The notes under the pieces: generated by a model
Seen by the model: only the letters and a program-made list of their open reading frames with translations
Databases searched by the model: none
What the model was told of the DNA's origin: nothing
Translations under genes and position numbers: made by a program
Assembly: GCF_006345805.1 (NCBI RefSeq)
Contig: NW_021832714.1
Location: 40,005-104,004, forward strand
Direction of reading: 5' to 3'
Source: Octopus sinensis
Taxonomy: Eukaryota
Length of the DNA: 64,000 nucleotides
Shown: positions 1 through 13,045 of the stretch, piece by piece
Layout: each line of letters begins with the position of its first letter
Position numbering within the stretch: the stretch's first letter is position 1

Positions 1-800
1 AGATATATAAACATGGTGGTGATCATCTCTGTATAATGTTGACGGATGTGATTCAGAGGGTTTGGCAAAGTGAAGAGGTTCCTCCGGATTGGCATGATGC
101 AACTAAGGAGATACTATATAAATATAAAGGTGGAAAGTATGTCTGTGATAATTATCGCGGCATCTGTCTGTTAGCTGTTGCTGGAAAGGTCCTCTGTAGG
201 GTAATGCAGGATAGATTGCTTCTGCACATTGCTGATGAGGTTCTACCAGAATCGCAATGTGGGTGTACTATGCATATGATATTTTCGGCTAGACAGTTGC
301 AAGAGAAGTGCATCGGACAGGATATGGACTTACACCAGGTTTTCATTGATCTAACAAAAGCGATTGATTCTATCAATAGGATTTCACTTTGGGAGATCCT
401 AATAAAGATAAGATGCCCTGTAAAATATGAGAATGCTTAGACAATTTCATGAAAAGATGGAAGTGCGAGTTAAGGTTGGAGGTACCTTATCAGATCCAAT
501 TTCTGTAGAATATGGTGTAAAACAAGGTGATATTCCTGCTACTACATTGTTTGCTATGCATTTTTCAATAGTCTTTCAAATAGCTTTTAAAGATTGCTGA
601 AGGGGTCTATATAAGATATAGGACAAGGGGAAAACTGTTCAGTCTCAAAAGACTCTGAGCCAAAACGAAAGTTCTGCATTCTCACCTCGTTGAGTTCCTG
701 TACGCAGATGATTGTGACCTGTTGGCACATTCCCTGAAAGATATGCAGCACATGCTGAATGCGATTTCTGCAGCATGTGCAGCATTGGTAGCTGTCTACT
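1..800 (+). pseudogene. RTE-clade LINE reverse transcriptase fragment (degraded)
   Basis: ORF 36..440 has PPDWHDA, NYRGICLL..GKVL, LPESQCG, FSARQLQEKC and FIDLTKA; GVKQGD near 514 and LYADDC near 698 follow in shifted frames. Confidence 0.9.
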
Positions 801-802
801 TC

Positions 803-1492
803 TTATGCAGAATCTGACCACTTCTTGTACCTCCACCTTAGATTCATGATGGCGTCTGTGAGGCTTTTTAAACCAGACAATGTATTGAAAAGGCTCCCAC
901 ATAGATTGCATATCCAGTTCGGATCACCAAAAGCTGCAGTTAAGTTCTGACTTTTGTGGATCTTAAAATGTCTTTTGGAGTCCTCCGTTAGAATTGCAGA
1001 CCTTATGGCAGCCGTAGCATTGAAAGGTGTGCACAGATATATAGGCAGAATAGTTGTAGAGGTTAGTTTTTCATGGGCCCGCAAATGAGATTTGAGCCCA
1101 GCAATAGAAAGGAATGGTGTGTCAGAAATTGTGCATACAAAAAGGTCACTGAGATTTACCGACTCGATCGCAGCATTCTTCTTTAAATCTCTCTTGAATC
1201 TTGAATCTGGCCTCCTCATAACACTTTCACTACACTCCACACGATTGTGCTCCATCCAGCTCGATCCGAAGTAAGGGTTTGTATGGCCTTTGGATCCATT
1301 CCAAATGACTTCAGTGTACAAGAATCGCCCGAAAACCATTAATGAGCCAAAAGACGCAATCATAACCTTCACACGGTCCATATCGCATCAGGCTCTCCAA
1401 GATGTATTTCAAAACATGTGTAGAAGAGCCAACTTATGTATTGAAAATGAAGTACGACACTTTCAACACCTCTTATAACGATTTTTAAATAC
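803..1492 (-). pseudogene. Inverted C-terminal part of an RTE LINE with degenerate C2H2 zinc fingers
   Basis: Minus strand begins with an RYK.VLK-like motif near 1490; ORF 803..1381 has FVC..GLKSHLRAH, KRHFKIH and WICNLCG..GLKS. Confidence 0.65.
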
Positions 1493-2050
1493 TTGTAAAG
1501 TCTAAATTATTCTTTTGTAGTCTTAGACCATCTTATGAATATATATTTTACAATAGAATACTTACTGCGGAGAGACTTTTTGAACATCCTGTGTAAAAAG
1601 AAAAAAAAAACCCGGCATTCTTTATGAGATGACTCAATACATGAAAAAAGCATGATTAATGAGATTTGCATTTTTATTTGTGAATCGTAGACTAATAACT
1701 ATACCAATCCCAAAACCTTTTGTTAGTCTGGTTTATTTGTATAAACAGAGCGCTTAAGAAGTATTTTGCCCGGATTGATAATCCTTTATTAATAACTCTC
1801 ATTATATATATATAAATAAAGAAATGTATTTATTATATATATATATATTATATATTATATATATATATATAGGTTTAAAATGCTTATATCATTTTATTAT
1901 TATATTGGATATAACTTTCTATGTGCATTCCAGAAGATAAAGTTGTCCTGAAATAGTTGTGGTTTTATAAGTAAAATCCCCAAATTGTAATTAAAAATTA
2001 TATATATATATATATATACACACACATTTACATACATATATATGTATATT

Positions 2051-2105
<55 letters not shown>

Positions 2106-2246
2106 CTATATCTATCTATCTATCTATATATCTATATATATATATATACCGATAGACAGATATATATGCATACGCACACAAACACATATAATTCATACGC
2201 ATGTATACATACATACATACATACATACATACATACACACATACAT

Positions 2247-2287
<41 letters not shown>

Positions 2288-2319
2288 ACACACACACACA
2301 CACAAGCATACATGCTTTT

Positions 2320-2497
2320 TTCCCCTCTGTCTTCCATTTCTGTTGGACTTTCCTCTGTCTCCTGTGTCTGAAGAAGAGCTTTGCTCGAAACCTGAAACCA
2401 CCTTCCTTTCCTTCCTTGAGCGTCTGCTAACACTTTACATATATCACGTCCTCGGGTTGTTGTTTCTTTTGTGATTGTTCGGTCTTCGTTTTGGGAT
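2320..2497 (+). mobile_element. PLE pLTR-like module, family B, with degenerate hammerhead at 2364-2398
   Basis: GTGT-CTGAAGA-A-GAGC-TTT-GCTC-GAA-ACCT-G-AAAC; similar to 8908-9100 and 50200-50383; ends in (TA)n. Confidence 0.7.
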
Positions 2498-2630
2498 ATA
2501 TATATATACCCCAAATATATAAGTACTGGCCCCCATTGGCTCGACTAAACTTCTTGAAGGCGTTGCCCAGGATGACCACAGTCTAATGACTGAAACAAGA
2601 GGTAAAAGTAAATGGTAAAAGATATAAACT

Positions 2631-2689
<59 letters not shown>

Positions 2690-3058
2690 AAATTATGTAA
2701 TAGATATATAGATAGAAAGGTAGGTAGATAGATAGATAGATAGATGGATGGATGGATAGAGAGACAAGTAAAAAGCAAATACAGAAGAAAAAGAAAGAAA
2801 TAAAGAATCGTAAGGAAAAGAGAGATAGAAAAATAAAGAGAGAGAGAGAGAGAGAGAGAGGAAAGTATGAATAAAGAGGAAGTGGTTGGGGTGGGAGAGC
2901 GAGAGAGAGAGTGAAAGGTAGTTTGCTGTGGTTATTACAGCTGTGTTTGAAATAATAGCTTGTTAAACAATTAGTGACACTAGTTGTAAGGTCACGGTGA
3001 TTACCATCTGGGTAAGCAGCAGCAGCAGCAGCAGCAGCAGTAGTGGTTATACTATCAT

Positions 3059-3117
<59 letters not shown>

Positions 3118-3190
3118 CTCCCTTTAACATTCAAGACTTCTTCCAATGTGAAAAATTACCATCACAAACATCACCACGACGACGACGACC

Positions 3191-3224
<34 letters not shown>

Positions 3225-3304
3225 TCATCATCACCTCCACCAACACCACCAACACCATCATCATCATCATCATCATCATCACCACCACCACCACACACCA
3301 ACAC

Positions 3305-3369
<65 letters not shown>

Positions 3370-3447
3370 CTGCGTTTGTCCTCCTCTTCCCTACTAACAA
3401 TCCCCCACCTCATGCTATGCATCATCATCACTATAGAGCAGTGTTTC

Positions 3448-3677
3448 TGCGAGCTGGCAGAAACGTTAGCACGCCGGGCGAAATGCTTAGCGATATTTCG
3501 TCTGCCGATACGTTCTGAATTCAAATTCCGCCGAGGTCGACTTTGCCTTTCATCCGCTTTCGGGGTCGATAAATAAAGTACCAGTTTCGCACTGGGATCC
3601 ATGTAATCGACTTAATCCCTTTGTCTGTCCCTGTTTGTCCCCTCTATGTTTAGCTCCCTGTGGGCAATAAAGAAATA
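3448..3677 (+). mobile_element. tRNA-derived SINE family 1 (Nin/Deu-like core) with 16-bp TSD
   Basis: A/B-box-like head, core gccgaggtcgactttgcctttcatcc..gtcgataaa..gtaccag; TSD tatagagcagtgtttc at 3432-3447 and 3678-3693. Confidence 0.9.
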
Positions 3678-3684
3678 TATAGAG

Positions 3685-3911
3685 CAGTGTTTCCCGACCA
3701 TTTTTTAACCTATGGAGCCTTTGCATTCCTATTTTAGTCGGGTGGACCCCCATAAAAAATCCCATTGTATTTTTATAATTATATATTAGGAATTGCATAA
3801 AAAAGTTAAAATATTTTGTGTATTTTAGAAATATAACCAAATTTATTGCACATGGATGTTGACAACAATATATGATGTGAACCCCCAAGGGCCCCTTGTT
3901 GAGAACCACGA
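3685..3911. mobile_element. hAT (Charlie-like) MITE
   Basis: Ends cagtgtttccc...gagaaccacga; 8-bp flanks ctatagag/gtttagag; related to 33239-33540. Confidence 0.7.
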
Positions 3912-4182
3912 GTTTAGAGGGTTCGGAATAATTTTGGTTGTTGCGATATGTTGATCAGTTTGGACCACAACGATAGAGCAGACAAATCTAAAATGGCGAT
4001 TGTCCTCAGTCAAGAATAATCACTTCGTTCTCAATGTTGTGTTGGTTAAAGGGTCCGATAAGATACGGTCAGACACGGTCAGACTTGGACTGAACAGCAA
4101 CTCTGGTCATCGTTTGACATTCGTGAGGATATCGGACTATTGGGATTAGGGAACGGTACAGTAAGGAACGAAACGAGAAAAA

Positions 4183-4332
4183 CGCCGCGGTCAACTTTGC
4201 CCTTCATCCTTTCGGGGTCGATTAAATAAGTACCAGTTACGCACTGGGGGTCGATATTATCGACTTAATCCGTTTGTCTGTCTTTGTTTGTCCTCTCTGT
4301 GTTTAGCCCCTTGTGGGCAGTAAAGAAATAGG
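4183..4332 (+). mobile_element. SINE family 1, 5'-truncated
   Basis: Core plus tail gtgtttagccccttgtgggcagtaaagaaat. Confidence 0.85.
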
Positions 4333-4524
4333 TTCAGCTTTCATATACTTTTTTATTTCCCCATCCGGCACCTTTCAGTTTTTAAAAATGGATTCTTTAA
4401 ATAATATATTCCTCGATGTATTGCGACTAAATGATAGGCAGAGAGGTTATTATCGAAAAATATTTGGCTCTGGGTCTCTTGGATGATGATTGGTTAAACA
4501 ATAACGATAGCAGCAGCAGCTAGT

Positions 4525-4900
4525 GAAGGCGCAATGGCCCTGTTGTTAGGGCAGCGGACTCGCGGTCGGAGGATTGCGGTTTCGATTCCCAGACTGGGCG
4601 TTGTGTGTGTTTATTGAGTGAAAATACCTAAAGCTCCAAGAGGCTCCGGCAGGGGGTGGTGCCGACCCCTGTTGTACTCTTTCGCTCCAACTTTCTCTCA
4701 CTCTTTCTTCCTGTTTCTTGTCCCTGACTTCCTACGCAACGGCTGAGCCTGGATGCGCATTTATCCATCCGTCGATGCTCTCGGTGTCGGGGGTTGACCT
4801 GCTTTCTCTTCTGCGGGTCTTACGAATAGCAAAGGACCACGTTTCGGACTTCTCCCATCTTGCGAGCTCTGGGAACGAAGGCCGTTCGCTCAACAAACAA
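4525..4900 (+). mobile_element. tRNA-derived SINE family 3
   Basis: Head ggcgcaatggccc..ttagggcagcggact..ggtttcgattccc and an (AAC)n-like tail; closely similar copy at 31771-32115. Confidence 0.85.
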
Positions 4901-5737
4901 ACAAACAGCAACAGCAACAACGACAAGGACAACGGTATCGACTACAACAAAAACAACGTCAACAAACACAACACTCAGCAATCATAAAAGTAACATCATC
5001 ATCATCATCATTATCAACAACAACATCTACGACAAGAACAACAACAGCAATAACAGAAACAACCCAACAGCAACAACCTTACACTAAATATCAGTACATC
5101 AAGACTGTCATGCTTTACGCAAGTGTAATGAATTATGGGAACGGGAAATAAATGCACCCCCCGCCGCCGCCTCTCATCATCACACCAACAAAGAAGTAGA
5201 AAAAATAAAAAAAACACGGGGGTAAAGGGAGAGAAACATACAAAAAAATAACAAAGAAAAGATTAACAGGATTTTGGAGGAACAGAATTATGGTAAATAA
5301 AATGATCAGTTGGAATTAAGAAGGGAGTTCCAGTTAATGACCAGACTTCTTGGGTCTCTATAATTATAGGGGAGGGCAGGTTTAGAATTTATACCACGTA
5401 AAGGAGAGAAAGAAGAAGAGAAAGAGCGGGCGAGGGGGGAAGACAGAGAGAGAAAGAGAGAGAGGAGTGGGGAGAGAGACGGAGTGAGAGGGGAGAAAGA
5501 GAGAAAAGGGGAGGGGAAAGACAGAGAGGAGAGAGAGTAAGAGAGAGAGAGGGAGGAAGAGAGAGAAGTCAGAGTGAGAGAAAGAGAGGGAGAAAGACAG
5601 AGGTGCATTAGGGTTGGGTCGCAAGTTGTGTCTGAAGTAATTTTAGAGTTAAAAGAAGCAGCTTAGAGTTTGCGTGTCTGACAAGCAATGAGTTGTGGTC
5701 CTGACCTAGTTGTTGTTTTCATTGTGACTAATTACAG

Positions 5738-5811
<74 letters not shown>

Positions 5812-6189
5812 ACACACAGAGACACACACACACACACACAGACACACACACAGAGACACACACACACACAACTATACATTAAAGCAAACATTTAGTGAAA
5901 GATCACCCAATGCATTTCAGTTGGGTGTAAAACTTACTTTTACAGACAGACCAAGAACAACCCAAAGAGTACCTTCGAAGTTACTGTCACCTTTTTTTCT
6001 TCTAACTATACATACATGCACATAAACATAAACGCAGTTTTATAAATATATGCAGGTGTGTTGGTAAGTTTATACGTATGTATGTTCTCTTTCCTTTATT
6101 AATTTAGGATAAATGTTGACCGGCCCACCTTCTTGGTAGCAAGGTTGTGAAGGAAGCCATTTTGTTTTGTTCACCATCCTTTAAATCTT

Positions 6190-8170
6190 AAGAAGGTCTT
6201 GCAGATTTTTATTAGTTTCCGATATCGTGATCATTTGTAGTGTATGATTTAAGGATTTGCATTCTCTCCCCAAGAACCCAAGTTCAACCAGACGGGTTGG
6301 TACGTACCCTGTAGCTTTAAAGATAATCGACATGAAGCTGAAAGTGTATCTTGGGGACTGGTTTTGCGAACTCCTTATCAATGGCCCATAGATGTCCTTT
6401 TTTCTCTTGTATTTTCTAACCCCAGTGGTGTCCAGACGACCCTTGCTTTCCACAACAGAACATATCTTTTCCCTTGTCATCCTATATAACAGTATCTGTC
6501 GGTTGTATTTTAATTTTTAGGTTCCACCAATATTGTTTTGACTCTTGTCTGTTGGTGATTTCTTTTTTGTTATTCTCTTCCAGACCCTTCTGTCCACTGC
6601 ATCATGTCTCATGGGAAGATAATATCTGGAAGACATTCCCTCACAGTTGGTAATAATGTAATCGATGGCTTCATTCTTGGTACTACACAGCCTACATTTA
6701 TGCAGTAGGTATTTGGTAGGTATCTCTTGTTCTTGGATTGCATGTAGGTAGCATTCGAAGTCGGATATGTATTAATTTTGTCGGTACTCTAATGCCTAGC
6801 TTTTCACATGACCAATGCCTTCTATGGTTTTTCGTGCCAAGTATCTTCTCAGTGAACTAGTCCACATTTTTTTATTTTGTTCTTCTGATAAATAGATTTT
6901 ACCAGTTCTTCTAATGGGGGAAATCTGCATCAGCTCTTATTTCATTCTTCTCCACAAGTATTCATTAGCTATCCTAATTATGTTGTTGGCCTCGTGATCA
7001 CAAACTTGGGAAAGATAAGTAATGGTCTCTTTCCTCTTCTGCAGATGTTTCAATGTCACAATACGTGCTTCACATAACAACATTACAGATTTGAGACCAC
7101 GGCCGCCTTCCTTGCGCGGTAAATCTAGCCTGTCTACATTTCCATTGATCTTAACGTTTCCTGTAACACTGAGCAGCTTGCTAGTTCGAACATCTATCTC
7201 ACTGAGTCCTTAGTTAGTTAGTTAGTTAATTTTTTGGCTCAAAAAGCAAAATGCAAGGCCATGTAGGGGGACATAGAGTTATGTACAGGGTGGTGTTCAT
7301 GTAAAGAGTTCAGGCCACTTGTGGTCAAGGGAGACTTTGAACCGAGCGGTCGTCAGCATCTTCACTATCTCGTCCGGCAGCTTATTCCACAGATCCGCAA
7401 CCCGGACGGAGAAAGCCCCTCTCCTTCGATTGAGATGAAATCGTCGCAGATAGAGCTTTTTGGAGTGACCCCGCAGCCGACGCTCTGGAGCAGGAGTGAA
7501 GAACAGCTCTTTCGAGAGGTTACACTTTCCGCTTATGATGTTGTGAGCAAGAATGAGATCACCACGGCGTCGTCGTTTTTCGAGAGAATAAAGGTCGAGC
7601 GTCTTCAGCCTTTCTTCATAAGACAAATGCTTGAGACCAAGAACCATGCGGGTAGCCAGCTTCTGGACTCTTTCGAGATGCTGTATGTCTTTGAGGAGAT
7701 AAGGAGAAGAGGCTTGAATCCCGTACTCCAATATGGGTCTCACCAGCGTGACATAGAGCGGTAGGAATATGACCAGTTCAGAAGGCCAAGCGTCAGCTTA
7801 AGAACAGGCACTGCAAAGGTGTCGTGGTCAATATTGTGAGCTGAAAGTTCTGATGACATAATCTCTTTACTCTCTTGAGATATTCATTTCTGCTCTTCTC
7901 CTTATTTACGGGTTCATCATATCTGACATTCTCATCTTGCCGAAAATATCTAAAACGATCACTCCTTCGTAGAAGATGTACCGTTTAGACAACCAATGGA
8001 GGGTACACATTTTACACGTTTTATTGTCAAAAATGCACATTTGGACTCACCAGATTTCATCCCAATGTCAGTAGAAAATTCAATAATGAGGTCCAGTTGC
8101 TTGCTATCAGACTCATTTTGCTCCTTATCACTCTTAAGGTTTCACTTTTATCGATAAAAAGCAGTTTCGA
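6190..8170 (-). pseudogene. R4/Dong-like RLE LINE fragment, interrupted by a CR1 insertion
   Basis: Minus strand reads FSTDIGMKSGESKCA and TFAVPVL..GLLNW, then after the CR1 IDVRTSKLL, VDRLDLPRKEGGRGL, AIQEQEIPT and CRLC..C..RHD. Confidence 0.8.
7210..7770 (-). mobile_element. CR1-clade LINE 3' end (5'-truncated)
   Basis: ORF 7297..7743 RPILEYG..LERVQKLATR..SYEERL..LEKRRRRGDLI..LRGHSKKL..WNKLP; (TAAC)n-like tail at 7210-7228. Confidence 0.92.
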
Positions 8171-8862
8171 AGCGTCTGTTATTACTTAATATCGCAAATT
8201 TAAATATTCGTTGCCAAACTTTACGTTCACTGGAGTGTAGGTTTTAACATATGATAAACGATATTATGTTCAGGCGAAATTTTTCGTTTTCATTTGCAAC
8301 ACAGTCTCTCCTCCCCTCTCTCTCTCTCCCCCTCTCTCTCTCGCGCGTGCGCGCCTCTAATTGTTTTCATAAATCATAATTTACTTATTAGACATTCATT
8401 GCAATTTTTTTCATTTCAAGTTATCTTTCGTCATTTCAGATGAGGAAGTCAGGTATTTTGTTGACTTAAATTCGCTGTGTAAATGTCCTTATTGGACAAC
8501 TTATCAAAACTTACTGAAGCTTCGAACTCATGTGACTTCTTTCCTTTTCGTCGTTATCTAAGACATATCAAGTGAATTTCTTGCTACGGCTATTTGATAC
8601 GCTATAGGTTTATAATCTTTCTATGTGATCGCTGATATTTTTTGCACACTAAACGTAGTTGGACTAACTTGATGTTTATTTAAAAAAGAGAGAATATGAC
8701 TGTGATAAAATTATGAAAGTAATAATTATTAAGCAAGTGGGCACTATTATACAAAGAAATAATTAGACGTAAAATATTAAAATTATTTGAATTGGGAATC
8801 AAATGTGAAAATATTATCAATTGGCTAGCAGAAAACCGTCCGGAAGGTGGTCTTTCTACCAG

Positions 8863-8907
<45 letters not shown>

Positions 8908-8911
<4 letters not shown>

Positions 8912-9100
8912 ATCCAAACATGAAAGCACAAAGAGAAAACACAACAACGCGAGGACGTGAAACAAGTATAGTATTATTGGACGCTCAGGAAAGAAAGAAA
9001 GAAGGAGGGTTTAACGTTTCGAGCTGAGCTCTTCATCGGAAACATAGGAAGAGGAAAGATCCAAAGAAGGGAAGACGGAGGGGAAGAAATCGGCAACGGT
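8908..9100 (-). mobile_element. PLE pLTR-like module, family B
   Basis: Abuts (TA)n; homologous to 2320-2497 and 50200-50383; carries a hammerhead. Confidence 0.75.
9009..9043 (-). ncRNA. Minimal type I hammerhead ribozyme (U4C variant)
   Basis: GTTT-CCGATGA-A-GAGC-TCA-GCTC-GAA-ACGT-T-AAAC: stem I GTTT/AAAC, palindromic ACGT stem III. Confidence 0.75.
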
Positions 9101-9103
9101 GCA

Positions 9104-9302
9104 AGGGAGAGTTTACGAAAAAAACAAAAGACGAAGACAGGTGGTGTACCAAAACAAACAGATGTATTAGTATAACGCTCAGGAATAGAAAAAAGTCTTT
9201 TACGTTTCGAGCCTACGCTCTTCTACAGAAAGGGACACAGAAAAAACAAGGAGGGAAAAAAATGTGTGTAGTGGCTAATGATCTATCATGGCGACAGCCA
9301 GA
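9104..9302 (-). mobile_element. PLE pLTR-like module, family A
   Basis: Nearly identical to 17352-17547 and 15999-16180. Confidence 0.8.
9197..9232 (-). ncRNA. Minimal hammerhead-like motif, family A (CUGUAGA core)
   Basis: CTTT-CTGTAGA-A-GAGC-GTAG-GCTC-GAA-ACGT-A-AAAG. Confidence 0.65.
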
Positions 9303-10361
9303 TATATATCAAAGTTTGAGTGTGTGCATGTGTGTTAGAAAATATGTGTGTACACACATAGGTATATATGTGAGCATGTATACAAGTGTGAGTATATCAG
9401 TAAGGTGAAATGAGTAATAGATAAAGTACACGGCGGCGGTGAGGGACACGATAAAAATTAATTGAAACCGTTGAAGACGTTGTTCCAGCATGGGCGTAGT
9501 CGAAACAAAGAAAACCATAAATGAAGAAATGAACCGAAAGAATATTTTATTTAAATATTTATTTACTTACTTAAGTATTTATGCTTTTATTTGTTTGTTT
9601 GTTTGTTTGTTTGTTTGTTTGTTTGTTTGTTTGTTTGTTTTTGTTGTTTGTTTAGTGTAACAAACGCTGTGAAGTCCTCCACGCTTTAATTTACTCACCG
9701 ACCTAATTTCACCACAATTACCTTTTAGAAGGAAAGATTTCTCTCTCTCTCTCCCTCTTTTTCTCTCCCATTCTCTGTCCTTCCTCTCGCTGTCACTCCC
9801 CCTCTCTCCTTCCCCTCTACCCTCCCCTCTCTTTCTCTCTCTCTCTCTCAATCACTTTGTGTGTGCTCCGACGTGTGTGTGCGTGTGTGCGTGTCTATCT
9901 GTGTATGTGATTTTGTGTGAATGAAATCCAATCAGTAGAGTTAGTAATGACACAAATTAATATAGTGACTTTGGGACTTTTAATTAATTACAATTTTATT
10001 GGAGGTAAAGAGAAAGAATCATTAATGATTACCCAGGGACACGTTCTGCATTAAAACAGTGAAGTCGGCGACAGCGCACACACAGATACGCATACACATA
10101 CGTGCACGCGCGCACGCACAAATAATGTAGAGAACCAAAATATGTTAATTTATAAAAAATATAACTGTAAGGGAGATAACCAAGCAGAATAAAAAGTAGA
10201 ACTTGACAAAAGGGCAGATGACCCCATCGTGGGGTCAACTATTACAGTAAGAGTAGGGTAGTAAGACATATGGGAAATTTCCAGAAGAGTTTTTCAAGAA
10301 TTTGCATTCTATGCCCAACACTAGCAAAGCATGAGCAAACCTGTCTAAAAATGTTAGCATG

Positions 10362-10680
10362 GGCGTAGGAGTGGCTGTGTGGTAAGTAGCTTGCTTACCA
10401 ACCACATGGTTTCGGGTTCAGTCCCACTGCGTGTCACCTTGGGCAAGTGTCTTCTACTATAGTTTCGGGCCGACCAAAGTCTTGTGAATGGATTTGGTAG
10501 ACGGAAACTGAAAGAACCCCGTGTATATATGTATATATACGTGTATCTTTCTGTTGAAGAGCGTAGGCTCGAAACGTTAAAGACTTATTTTATTTATATT
10601 TCCTGAGCGCCATACTAATACAATTGTTTGTTTGTTTCCCACCTGCCTTCGTCTTTTGTCTATTTTCATAAAGCTTCCCG

Positions 10681-10779
<99 letters not shown>

Positions 10780-11032
10780 ATATATATATATTATATATAT
10801 ATATATATGTGTGTGTGTATATATTTGTGTGTCTGTATTTGTCCCCCCAACATCGCTTGACAACCGATGCTGGTGTGTTTATGTCCTCGTAACTTAGCGG
10901 TTCGGCAAAAAGAACCGATAGAATAAGTACGAGGCTTACAAAGAATAAGTCCTGGGGTCGACTAGCTCGACTAAAGGCGGTGCTCCAGCATGGCCACAGT
11001 CAAATGACTGAAACAAGTAAAAGAGCTAAAGA
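10362..11032 (+). mobile_element. tRNA-derived SINE family 2, full length, with a pLTR module inserted in its internal TA tract
   Basis: Head ggcgtaggagtggctgtgtggtaag..gggttcagtccc, core tttggtagacggaaactgaaagaa, tail ggcggtgctccagcatggccacagtcaaatgactgaaacaagtaaaaga. Confidence 0.9.
10546..10583 (+). ncRNA. Minimal hammerhead-like motif, family A (module spans about 10545-10681)
   Basis: TCTTT-CTGTTGA-A-GAGC-GTAG-GCTC-GAA-ACGT-T-AAAGA. Confidence 0.65.
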
Positions 11033-11599
11033 GTATAGCATTAGGTGATACTTCACATTGTTGTTACTATGAGTGTCTCAGGTTTGTGTCTAAGAACCTC
11101 TTAGGTGTAGGTCTAGTATTGTTAGCTTCAGAAAGGCAGCGAATTAGCAGAGTCAATAGAGTGTTGGGTGGGACATTTTACTGTATTTGTTCCGACTCGC
11201 GACAGTTTGAGTTCGTATCTGAGGTCAACTTTGCCTTTCATCCTGCCAAGGTCGAAAAAGAAAAAGGACCAATCGTGGATGGTGGTGATTGGCGGAACTG
11301 TTTGAATGCCGAACCGAATGCTTTGTGGTAACTGTTCCGGTTGCCTACGTTCTGAGCTCAAGTACCGTTAGGGCTACATGCAAGCATTCGTGCCAGGTCA
11401 CCGATTTGAGGATACCGTCTTACTGCCCTCCTTACAGAACTAGGAAGTCCTGAGTAAAAAATAATTCGCTAATTAGTTTGGATTTCCACTGCTATCACGA
11501 CGACGACGACGACCCCACCCCACCCCACCACTATAACCACCATAGCCACTGCTGCTGCCGCCGCTGCCGCCGCTTCCGCCGCTACCTGTTGAAATCCTA

Positions 11600-11960
11600 G
11601 TTTGGCCAATAAGGTTGTTGTATGGATGTGAGGCATAACTAAGCTCATTGGAGCCGATGTACTAAAGATGAGTTCTGTGACTCGATTGAGAAAACTGTTG
11701 AAGAATTACTTCAGTTCTAGAATGAAAAGAATGTTGCTGATGGTGGTCAGGTGGCAAACACTACAATATTTTGGCCACATTATCAGAAGCCGGAACTTCG
11801 GTGCCTACATCAGTGTGCGATGAGAGGAGAGAAAACAAGCTGGTTGGGATACAAAGACGAAGATGGAGCAATGGCATCAAGGACTGAATGGGAAGGATTT
11901 TGGTGGAGTGTATGACTGCAGCACAGGCCCGACTGGTGGCTGTGTCTGAGGTAAGCTATG
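11600..11960 (+). pseudogene. RTE LINE 3' fragment
   Basis: LQYFGHIIR and QRRRWSNGIKD-like motifs. Confidence 0.55.
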
Positions 11961-11969
11961 AAAGTGGTC

Positions 11970-13045
11970 ATCTCCAATAAGAAACAAGAAATAAATCGAC
12001 ATCCGTTATAAATTGTAAACTTTTGAAGACAAAAATCTGTCAATAAGAAACACTTCAGTGATTTGTGTTCATCAATCAGATCGAAGCATTTATTCGATTC
12101 TTTGAAAAATCAGATGGTTATCTCGCAGAAAAGTGCTGCAGCGAGTGGTGTAACTTCGAAGTAGAAATGTCTTTTTATCTGTAAAACACCATCCTTTAAC
12201 TTCAATATTTTCAGATTCCAAGTGGATGCTTCAATTAGCTTATCTTTTCGATAGCTTTTTCTTAATTTAATGACTGAAATATCGCTCTTCAAGGCTGTGA
12301 TTGATTAATTATTGCTTCAATGGAGAAAATAAATGCTTTTAAAGAAAAACTCAGATTGTAGAACAAAGAAAAACTACATTCCATTATTCAATCTACTGAA
12401 AGAAGATTACATTAATGATTTTATTATAACGTTTAATAATCTTATTATAATCTATTACATTAATAATTTTAATGATGTGCAAAATATTATTTCTAACTAT
12501 TTACCAAAACTGATTGAAAGAATTCAATTACTTCATTCCAACAGAAGATGATGATGGAACTTACAGCTTGGGTGTGAAGTCCATTTAGCTCTGACGTTAA
12601 ACGATTTCTATAAAGATTTTGTCAACATTAATGAATTTCAAGAAGAGTTTATTGAAGTTCAAAATGATGTGGCAGTTATAATTTCCATTAAAATGTCGAA
12701 TCTATCGTTTCAGTTTGGCTGAAGGTTTGAATGTTAGATTTGGGGAAAATGAAGGAATAAAGGTGCTTCTTCCGCTTGTGGAACAATTTCTTTGTAAATC
12801 AGGATTTCCAACCGTAACAAGAAACCAATGGCAACGAGAAGATGCAGCTCACTGAAAATTAAACCCGGTCTCAAAGAACTTTTCTATACTTGTCCAACTT
12901 GAAAGTTCGTTTTATGTTACATGAAATGTGTATAGAGTTTCATGTAATGTAAGCAAGGATTGTTGGAACTTTACGGTAAAACAGCGGAGTGGTAAAAGAG
13001 TTTGCTCAGAGACTAAGGTTTACTAAATTAGGAATCAGACCACTG
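11970..13045 (+). pseudogene. hAT (Charlie/Buster-like) transposase remnant
   Basis: Broken motifs IRWLSRRKV near 12110, QLAYL..LQG near 12232-12296 and KVLLP...LCKSGF near 12760; ends ..ccactg. Confidence 0.7.

Noticed and set aside
8433-8486. CAGATGA with stem AAGTCA/TGACTT and CATTT/AAATG flanks
   Set aside because: U4 and G12 are missing; degenerate at best (similar cases near 1931 and 51205)
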